Under the pieces are notes generated by a model. The model searched no databases. It was not told the origin of the DNA and was given only the letters and a program-made list of their open reading frames with translations. A stretch of 22,576 bases of DNA from Promethearchaeota archaeon (GTDB taxonomy: Archaea; Asgardarchaeota; Lokiarchaeia; Sigyniarchaeales; SOKP01), in the NCBI GenBank assembly GCA_048938445.1, contig JBHLME010000071.1:1-22576 (forward strand), given 5' to 3'. Shown here piece after piece: positions 8,744 through 16,300 of this stretch. Position 1 is the first letter of the stretch. Each line of letters begins with the position of its first letter. The position numbers were made by a program, and so were the translations under genes.

Positions 8744-9487
8744 TCATACATCTAATTTATCAAGCCATTTAGAATTAGATTTTAGTTCTTCATATATTTT
8801 TTTATCTCCGAAATCCCCTCGGAAAATATCTTTATCTAATTTAGCAACAAATATTTTCCAGCTTTTTTCTCTTATTCCCTTATTAATTGCTGAAGGAATT
8901 TCAATTTCACCCCTTTTAGATGGTTCTAATAGTTTTAAAACTTCAAATATTTCCCTCGAGAGAATAAAAATACCACAATTGTTAAGATTTGATGTTCCTT
9001 TTGTTTTTGGTTCTTTTTCAACAATTTCTAAGCAATAATCTCCATCACAATAAATTGCACCACCTCGTGATAAATCTTCCTTATAATTGGAAACTAAGAT
9101 GAAATCGTGTTGTTCTTTTTTAAAGATATCATAAACCATCTTGTAAGTCTTGTAAGGAACCAAAATGTCGCCCCAAACGAGAAAAAAATGATTATTTTTG
9201 ATTAATTTTTCACATAATAATACTGCTCCACCCGTTCCATTTAATTCTTTTTGCTCAATATACTCGATATTGGCATTCCACTGTTTTCCATCCTTGAAAT
9301 AATTTATTACTTGCTCCTTACGATATCCTACAACTAAAATCAAGTCCCTCAAGTTTGCATAAATTAATCCCGTAATAATATATTCCAATAGAGGTTTTCC
9401 GTGAATGGGAAGCATTCCTTTTTGGTATGTAGACGAATATGGTTGCATTCTCTTACCATATCCCGCACATAATATGATGGTTTTCAA
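8744..9487 (-). CDS. Sugar-phosphate nucleotidyltransferase (RmlA/GlmU N-terminal-type NTP transferase)
   Basis: The N-terminus 'KTIILCAGYGKRMQP' matches the LAGGxGxRLxP pyrophosphorylase signature. 'LNGTGGAVL' and 'FLVWGDIL' are further family landmarks. 247 aa with a TTG start. A TATA-like 'ttatataa' lies about 30 nt upstream on the minus strand. Confidence 0.85.
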   Translation of the reverse strand: MKTIILCAGYGKRMQPYSSTYQKGMLPIHGKPLLEYIITGLIYANLRDLILVVGYRKEQVINYFKDGKQWNANIEYIEQKELNGTGGAVLLCEKLIKNNHFFLVWGDILVPYKTYKMVYDIFKKEQHDFILVSNYKEDLSRGGAIYCDGDYCLEIVEKEPKTKGTSNLNNCGIFILSREIFEVLKLLEPSKRGEIEIPSAINKGIREKSWKIFVAKLDKDIFRGDFGDKKIYEELKSNSKWLDKLDV

Positions 9488-9539
9488 TAAGATTCAATAC
9501 CAAAATAATCAATATTATATAATTCTCTGTAGTAAATTA

Positions 9540-9720
9540 ATAGCAAGGATATGATTTAAATTGGTATGATGTGCATGATACATCGTTTTTGTCATCACTT
9601 TGTCATCACAAGGTCATGTCATTCAGATGATTTCGTTCTTTTCCATATAATGTCTTGATAAATAAAAATTCTAATTGAAATAATTTAATCAAAACCATTT
9701 CAAACAACGTGGATGCATCA
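9540..9720 (-). ncRNA. Candidate omega-RNA (reRNA) scaffold / transposon right end of the TnpB element; boundaries not determined
   Basis: The position is the expected one. In IS200/IS605 TnpB systems the guide RNA scaffold overlaps the 3' end of tnpB and the downstream right end. The 201-nt non-coding stretch after the stop contains a tandem 11-nt repeat (GTGATGACAAA x2 on the tnpB strand, 9588-9609) and a small hairpin (9568-9584). No fold or covariance model could be computed. Confidence 0.25.
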
Positions 9721-11188
9721 CGGCATCCTCTATCCCATTTTCCGAAATGGCTTCTGGGAGTGCTTTTTTCATTATATTATAAGCAGCATTCACATCAGCA
9801 TTAATTACATGTCCCTTGGCAGTATAAAATAATCCTTTTACTCTTTTACCCTTGTATGTTGAATGCCAACAGATCTCTTCTCCATCTAAAAAACTACATT
9901 GGGATGTATAATTTTCTTCCTCAAGAATCACCTTTATACCGATGAGCTCTGCTTTATATTTCACTTTATTTATTAAACTCAAAAATGGAATAGACACAAA
10001 ATTTTGATTATTTCGCTTTCCCATATTTGAATTTTGCTTCCAACCAATATTATATCCAATAACAATCGTGCCAATATTATTGTGAATACAATGCTGAATG
10101 ACATTTTTGGATAATATATGAAATATATTATTTAATTTATTGTAGCGAATCAAGGATAACTTCATTAGTCGTCTTGTCCAATGTTTATATTTCTGCTTGT
10201 CTTTAGCGGATACTAATTTGCTCCGTCTTTTATTAAAATATTGGTTTATTGACTTCACAACACCACCCTTGATTATGATCGGTCTTGAACCGATATTATC
10301 TACCATGGTTATGATGTTTCGAACGCCCAAATCCATACTTTTAACTCTATCAGGATCTAATTCAAAATATTCTTTCTCCTTTTTATATACTATTCCTATG
10401 ATATATACTCCTCCTTGAGGTACTATTTCCACGAGGCTAAATTTTCCTCTGAAACGTGTTTTTATTGGTGGCAACCATCTCGGAGATCTTGGATTACGTG
10501 TATGACCTGGAAAAACCAAATAGCCATCACTTATTTTTGCTTGTTGATTGGTAAAATAAGCTGTAATCTCGCCATTTTTCTTTTTATAACTAGGAATACT
10601 TGGTTTATTAGAGTACTTCTTCTTGAATTCTTTAGGAGGCAATTGTTTTTTACTTTCATAATATTCTATTGTACTCTTACAATAACTCTCCCAATTAGTC
10701 ACTAATTTCATTAATACTTGTTGAGCTGATTGGGCAGGCATTTCCATATATTCTGGAGATAATTTCATCAATTTTTCCAATCTAGTATATGAAATGCGTA
10801 ACTTAGAATTAAAAAACCAACTCCAATCACTTTTTTCAGGTTTTTTTTCAAGCCTTTTATCTATTTTTTTGAGATACTTCTCTGAAATTCGGCAAACTTT
10901 ATCAAACTCCCGTGGGGATGAAATTAGATAATTTGTAACTTTTTTTAACCATTCTTCTACTAGTGCATGAGACTCACGAATCAAAAAGAAATAATGTCGT
11001 AGAACATAGTTTGCTTTATTATACAAGTTTTTCGATTTATAGCATATTTTTGAAAAATCTGGCGATGTTTTTACTTGTATTCGCTCTACTAAATGCATTA
11101 TTTCTATAGTATCCTGAACATCGTTTGAATGTATGGAACTTATAATCGTCATATCTTTCGTCTTATTAAATTTTAAATATTTAAACAA
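9689..11188 (-). CDS. tnpB: TnpB / IS200-IS605 OrfB-family RNA-guided endonuclease (RuvC-like), zinc-finger-less variant
   Basis: RuvC-I is 'SMDLGVRNIITM' (Asp codon 10331-10333). 'KYKAELIGIKVILEEENYTSQCSF' is the ..YKAE..G..V....YTSQ.C block. RuvC-III is 'INADVNAAYNIMKKA' (Asp codon 9794-9796). The track start at 11188 is a TTG. The ATG at 11152 (MTIISSIH...) sits about 29 nt downstream of a minus-strand TTTAAATA box and is the more likely start. Confidence 0.9.
   Translation of the reverse strand: MFKYLKFNKTKDMTIISSIHSNDVQDTIEIMHLVERIQVKTSPDFSKICYKSKNLYNKANYVLRHYFFLIRESHALVEEWLKKVTNYLISSPREFDKVCRISEKYLKKIDKRLEKKPEKSDWSWFFNSKLRISYTRLEKLMKLSPEYMEMPAQSAQQVLMKLVTNWESYCKSTIEYYESKKQLPPKEFKKKYSNKPSIPSYKKKNGEITAYFTNQQAKISDGYLVFPGHTRNPRSPRWLPPIKTRFRGKFSLVEIVPQGGVYIIGIVYKKEKEYFELDPDRVKSMDLGVRNIITMVDNIGSRPIIIKGGVVKSINQYFNKRRSKLVSAKDKQKYKHWTRRLMKLSLIRYNKLNNIFHILSKNVIQHCIHNNIGTIVIGYNIGWKQNSNMGKRNNQNFVSIPFLSLINKVKYKAELIGIKVILEEENYTSQCSFLDGEEICWHSTYKGKRVKGLFYTAKGHVINADVNAAYNIMKKALPEAISENGIEDAVMHPRCLKWF
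11178..11185 (-). promoter_or_regulatory. TATA-box-like element upstream of tnpB
   Basis: The minus strand reads TTTAAATA, matching the archaeal TATA consensus TTTAWATA. It is centred about 29 nt upstream of the ATG at 11152, which fits a leaderless mRNA. AT-rich background makes chance matches common. Confidence 0.3.
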
Positions 11189-11318
11189 AAATCTTTTTTA
11201 AAAAAAGAGAGAGGCTATAAAATTATTTGATATTTAAAGATGAAAAAAGATCTCATAGGTAGCGAGAAATATTGATAGACAGATTCTCAAACCTAGTAGA
11301 ATATTATAATTAAGAATA

Positions 11319-11564
11319 TTGATGATAACTTCAGGTGCCAAGACCATTGACGATTTCATCAATACTTATCAAGCACTAGCTGATGAAATGCGTGAATGGA
11401 AAAGGTTAGGAATTCAACTCGATCCTTGTAGCGGAATCGATGATGATTATGCAGAATTTTACACTATCAACAAGGAAGCTGCCATAAAAGCAGGGTTTAT
11501 TTACTGCAACTCTAAAGGAGATAAATTATTACTAACAAGATCAGGAAAAGAAGTATCATTGTAA
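11319..11564 (+). CDS. Small acidic hypothetical protein (80 aa)
   Basis: The composition is non-repetitive and coding-like (MITSGAKTIDDFINTYQALADEMREWKRLGIQLDPCSGIDDDYAEFY...). The real start is probably the ATG at 11322. The stop codon is embedded in a 10-bp hairpin. No family recognised. Confidence 0.5.
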   Translation: MMITSGAKTIDDFINTYQALADEMREWKRLGIQLDPCSGIDDDYAEFYTINKEAAIKAGFIYCNSKGDKLLLTRSGKEVSL

Positions 11565-11589
11565 GTGACAAAGGTTAAGTGTTACTTAC
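11561..11589. repeat. Inverted repeat / hairpin (10-bp stem, 9-nt loop)
   Basis: gtaagtgaca (11561-11570) pairs with tgttacttac (11580-11589) with one G-T wobble. The loop is aaggttaag. Confidence 0.6.
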
Positions 11590-11688
11590 ATATTACATTC
11601 CTCTAAAATAATATTTAGATATTATATTAATAACATAAAAAGAACTAGCTTGATCATAATAAACCATGGATAATAATACTGAGGTATT

Positions 11689-12474
11689 ATGATAAGGGAC
11701 ATTATTATTATAAAAGATGGTTTACCATTATATTCCACGCATTTTAAGAACACAGATAATACCATCTCCCAAGTTTTTACTCAAAAAAATGATATAATAA
11801 TGATGACAGGCTTTTTATCTGCGTTAAATTCATTTTCAGAAGAGTTTAACAATTTTGGTCCAATAAAGGAGTTACGATTATTGAATAACGATTTAAAACT
11901 ATCATTCGTGAAAGATAATACCATTCCTAACTTAATTTATCTTGCAACTTATGATGACAGTTCAAAAGGTGTAAATGTACAAAGAACCTTGAGAAAAATT
12001 TCACGAGATTTTGTAGACATATATGGCGTCGATCAAATTGAGAATTGGAGCGGAAAAACCGATTATTTTAATGGTATGAATGATGTAGTAGATAGATATG
12101 TTAATGAAGAAATGAGAGAAAACGAGAGAGGTTTTAAAGAGAAAGTGGTTGATTTATTTAAGAATGTTGAAGAAAAACTCAATGAGAACCTTAAAGATAA
12201 TAAAAATGAGATTAAAATAAGTTCAAAAGAAGAAAACATTGAAAATCAGAAATATTTAGATTATTATGCTTTTGTTCCATTTTTTAAAACTAGTCGAAAG
12301 ATAAATCCAAGATTTTATATAACAGGAGAAATGTCCCATAAAATTTTTAGACAAATTAATGGAGAAAAATCAATAGATCAAATCGCAAGAGAATTAGAAT
12401 TAAAACAAGAACAAGTCTATAATGTATGTAAGAATTTAGTAAAAATTGGGTTTATTTCTTTGAATATGAATTAA
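11689..12474 (+). CDS. Longin/roadblock-like N-terminal domain protein with central coiled coil and C-terminal winged-helix (HTH) domain
   Basis: A TGAGGT RBS lies 4 nt before the ATG. The N-terminus 'MIRDIIIIKDGLPLYSTHF...IIMMTGFLSALNSFSEEF...IKELRLLNNDLKLSFVKDNTIPNLIYLATYDD...VQRTLRKISRDFVDIYG' has the beta-beta-alpha-beta-beta-beta-alpha pattern of longin/SNARE-like folds. The middle is E/K-rich. The C-terminus 'SIDQIARELELKQEQVYNVCKNLVKIGFISL' is HTH-like. Confidence 0.7.
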   Translation: MIRDIIIIKDGLPLYSTHFKNTDNTISQVFTQKNDIIMMTGFLSALNSFSEEFNNFGPIKELRLLNNDLKLSFVKDNTIPNLIYLATYDDSSKGVNVQRTLRKISRDFVDIYGVDQIENWSGKTDYFNGMNDVVDRYVNEEMRENERGFKEKVVDLFKNVEEKLNENLKDNKNEIKISSKEENIENQKYLDYYAFVPFFKTSRKINPRFYITGEMSHKIFRQINGEKSIDQIARELELKQEQVYNVCKNLVKIGFISLNMN

Positions 12475-12528
12475 TTATTATTATAATAAAGCATAATTTC
12501 TTGAAAATTAAAAAGAAGAAATCAATTT

Positions 12529-12843
12529 TTATTGTTTTTTCTTTTTTTTTTGCTTTTGCTTTTTTTTGTGTTTAACTAATTCGAGAATTTCTTCTTCTAA
12601 ATCCTTTAAAATTTTTTCACTTCCCTTTTTCCCCTGAAACTGGAATTCTCCAAATAATTTACTTTCTTCTCTTTCCCCTGATTTAGAGATTTTTTCAAAG
12701 GAAATTTCAACGGATTTTCCTTTTCTTAGAACAAATTTAACAAAATTAATAAATCCAAGATTTTTTGAAGGTGCAATATTGAATTTAATGCTAATATCTT
12801 TATTATTTTTAGTTTTTGTTGTTAAAATCAATCGTAATTTCAT
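12529..12843 (-). CDS. Small basic protein, paralogue A (104 aa; conserved 73-aa core plus helical/poly-Lys tail)
   Basis: The core is about 64% identical to the next ORF (47/73 by hand alignment). The extra C-terminus is 'GSEKILKDLEEEILELVKHKKKQKQKKKKKQ'. Confidence 0.65.
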   Translation of the reverse strand: MKLRLILTTKTKNNKDISIKFNIAPSKNLGFINFVKFVLRKGKSVEISFEKISKSGEREESKLFGEFQFQGKKGSEKILKDLEEEILELVKHKKKQKQKKKKKQ

Positions 12844-12891
12844 ACGCTCTTCACAATATCTTCCGTTTTTAAAATAATGAAAATTATGTGG

Positions 12892-13113
12892 TTATTTCTT
12901 CTCCTGAAATTTAAATGAGCCAGTAACAATATTTTCTTCTCGTTCTCCAGATTTAGATACTTTTTCAAGAGAAATGGTAATAGATTCACCATGATTTAAA
13001 GCATAATTAACAAAATTTATGAATCCCAAGTGTTTTGAAGGCGCCATATTAAATTTGATACACATTTCTTTTTCATTTTTTATCTTTGTTTTCAATGTCA
13101 GTCTTAATTTCAT
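12892..13113 (-). CDS. Small basic protein, paralogue B (73 aa)
   Basis: 'MKLRLTLKTKIKNEKEMCIKFNMAPSKHLGFINFVNYALNHGESITISLEKVSKSGEREENIVTGSFKFQEKK' aligns without gaps to paralogue A. Conservation between the two copies supports that both are real genes. Confidence 0.65.
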   Translation of the reverse strand: MKLRLTLKTKIKNEKEMCIKFNMAPSKHLGFINFVNYALNHGESITISLEKVSKSGEREENIVTGSFKFQEKK

Positions 13114-13399
13114 TAAATTTTCACATTTTTAATTTTTAATACAATAATGAATTAAAATAACCAAGATAAAAAAAAAAATTTGTGATTTTCATCTGAAAAT
13201 AAAATTTAAATTATAATTGAAAATCATTAAAAAATGGACTCCCATTAATTTAAATATAACTATATAATTTCAAACCACAATTCTATTTTAAAATAAAATT
13301 CTTAAAATGGAATTATTATAGTGAAATCTAATAAAAAATCAAAATTTCTTAAGTATTTTATAAAGAAATAAAGACAAAAACAATAAAAGGAATTAAAAA

Positions 13400-16300
13400 A
13401 TGAAATTAAATAAGGTTAAAAATGGAAAATTTTTAAGATTTTCAGCTCTAGGATTTATACTGCTCTTTGGTATGTTAAGTGTCATTGCTGCAGTAAATAT
13501 TATGCCAGGATCTGAAAAGAGCGATGATTTAGTAAATCTAGGAAATGCGGATGCTAGTGGAGGCGGATATACGATGGATACAGAAGCAGTTTATTCCTGG
13601 ATTGATATTAGCACGACAGGTACACCAATATTAATAATGTCGACTGAAACAATCTCATTTTCAGAAGGGGGATGGACTTTTGCCTTCTATGAGACTGAAT
13701 ATGACACTATTTATGTCAATACTAATGGATATATGAATTTTCGTTCTCCAGGATGGACTACTACTTATCTTCCAATTCCTTCTCTTTCTGAAATGAATGA
13801 AGACCTAGTTTGTTTATTGTGTGGTACATTGATGTCTTCAGGTAATATTTACTATGAATTCTTATCAGCACCTAACAGGCTGGTAATTGAATATCAGGAC
13901 ATGATTAGTACCACATATGATCAATATGGGTATCCAAGTGAACAAGTTATTGGAACTTATGAAGTCATATTCTATGAAACAGGGAGTATAAAATTTCAAT
14001 ACCAAGAAGTAAATTTAACAGGAATGTATTATAGAACTATTGGCTTAGACCATGGAGATCTAGAGAATTACAATTTGTATGAGCCACCAGAATTGATGAA
14101 TTTAAAAGCCATAGAATTTATTCCAGGAGAAATGGTTCCCATAAATTTCAGCCCAGGGGTAGAAGTAGATGATGAATTCACGTGGTTAGTCACCGATGTA
14201 AATGATGAAAAAATGGAAACATATTTAGGATCAAATTGGGAAGAATTACTTGGACTATATCCTGATCCACTTGAAAATCAGAAGACTAAAATAAAAATCT
14301 ATGTTGCTTATGGAGATCCAACAATAATGTCAATAAATTATTCGACATGGGATTGGATAAACCGGGATGAGAGCTTTTCTTCTACTCCTGAAGGAATATA
14401 TGGCTTTTCTTATAGCACTGATCCCGAAGGTCAAACTTTAGATCCATTATTTCCATTCATTCTTCCAACACCCACTGCTTTATATCTATATAGGGCACGA
14501 TTAGAAAGTCCATATTCCTTCTCTCTAGTTCCATATACAAATCAAATCAGTTTGAATTATATGGTTTCTAGTAACGATCCTTATATATTAATACAATTTC
14601 AAGGAGTCTATAATACTCATGGAATTCTTGAGAACATTTATTTTTCGATTTATAACATTTCTACTCAGATTTCCCAACCAGAGGTGATATTCAATCTCAT
14701 CCGATTTCATGAAGGTCCAAAACCTTCATATGTTAGCATAAGTGAGGGAGATGTTTATGAATATGGAGTTTTCTATAATCCTTCAATGCCAACTGATCCT
14801 TATAATCCGACTTTTCAGTATGATCGAATGAAACTTGGAGTTGAATTTATATCTGGTGAAGATCCTATATATGAAAGAGTATTGGTTATTTTTAACGTGA
14901 GCTATAGATATCCAAATGGTACTTGGGAAGAATTTCCATTATATCCATTAAATATTAATACTTATATCTATAAAGATTACTCAAACATAGATACATATAA
15001 TTTCCAACCAATATTCATGAGCAATAATGTTGATTGGGATGAGCTTGTTGATGCTTTAATAGGAAATTATCCCCCATATCCACCAGTTTATGAAATAGAG
15101 ATAGTAGCACTTGAGAATGGATTTGCAATAGAACAAGAATCTTACTATCCATATGCAGGAAATATGCGTGTAGAGTACATGTTCACCCCAGAAGGCATCA
15201 TAAATATTTCCAATCAATATATCAATGATACCTTAATGGCAACAGTTAGATTAAACGATTTTGATTTTTACTTCTTAGGGGTTGAAATAGGGGATGAATA
15301 TGAATGGATCATTGGTAATGTCAATGAAGTGTTGATGGATGATTATCTTGGAGAAAATTGGGAAGTATTTTTTGGAATACCCGAAAATCCTTCCGAATTG
15401 GACAAGATGAAGATAAGAATTGAGTCCATTGAAGTAGATTCCACCCAAAACACAGCGACTTATGCTCAATGGGATTGGATTAACATGGAATCTGCTTTTA
15501 ATCCTACAGCTGATGGTCAAGATTCATTGACATATCTCGATGATCCTCTTGGTTATACTGAGGTACATAATTTGACGAACATGATTCCGTTATTTCTCCC
15601 TACACCTCCCCAAACGTATTTAAATGAGTCTAATTTGGATCCGGGATTTTACACTCTAATGTATTCGAGTGTATATGATGAGGAAACCACGCAGTTATCA
15701 TTTTCTAAGATAGTTGAAATGTATAATATATTAACTGGTACAGCGATATATGACCAAAATGGAGTCCTAATTTCATTCCTAATTCGGGTGATGATTATAG
15801 ATCCATACACGTATATCTATGAAACGGAAATTATATTCTCAATGTGGAGAAATACTGAAGGAGATAAACCATCATATGTAGGAATTAATGAAGGTGAAAT
15901 TTATGAATATGGAGTGTTCACAAATCCTGCTGTAAATTATCCTGTAAGTAATCCATTTTCAGATATCGAACGAATGATGTTTGAGATTGACTATATTGGA
16001 GGTGAAGATCCAGGGATCCAAGGAGCACTTGTTCTTATGAACATGTCGACAATGGATGAAAATGGCATTTGGTCTGAAGCTGATGGCACACACTTGAGTC
16101 CTTTTGGAACAAATGGTTATATTGTCGAGAATCCTGCTGAACAATTTCACCTTTTCACTACATTTTCATACTTCGTAAGAACAGATGCCAATTGGGATGA
16201 AATAGCTATTGCGTTGCAGGAATATTACGATAATACACTTGGTCAATTTCCTGGGTATGAATATATTACAGATGTTACAGCTCTCAGCAACGGGATTGAG

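Larger units (their letters stand above)
9540..11260 (-). mobile_element. IS200/IS605-family element or remnant carrying tnpB only (no tnpA); ends not mapped
   Basis: tnpB is present without a Y1 (HUH) transposase ORF. Only the minimal extent is given. The left end could reach the hairpin at 11561-11589. Confidence 0.3.

Noticed and set aside
9588-9640. C/D-box sRNA: the minus strand shows GTGATGA twice (C-box consensus RUGAUGA) and a CTGA (D box) nearby.
   Set aside because: The order and spacing are wrong. CTGA lies upstream of both GTGATGA copies, the two C-like boxes are only 4 nt apart, and no downstream D box or terminal stem is present. The repeats are better explained as part of the TnpB right end / omega-RNA region.
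9488-11600. A TnpA (Y1/HUH transposase) or serine recombinase partner for tnpB, with the 81-aa ORF at 11319..11564 considered as a candidate.
   Set aside because: The 81-aa protein has no HUH or catalytic Tyr motif and no serine-recombinase motif, and no other ORF of suitable size is adjacent. The element is treated as a tnpB-only copy.
13168-13178. A11 run (T11 on the minus strand) in the divergent intergenic region, considered as a terminator.
   Set aside because: It lies upstream of the starts of both flanking genes, so it terminates nothing annotated. It is probably just AT-rich promoter-region sequence.
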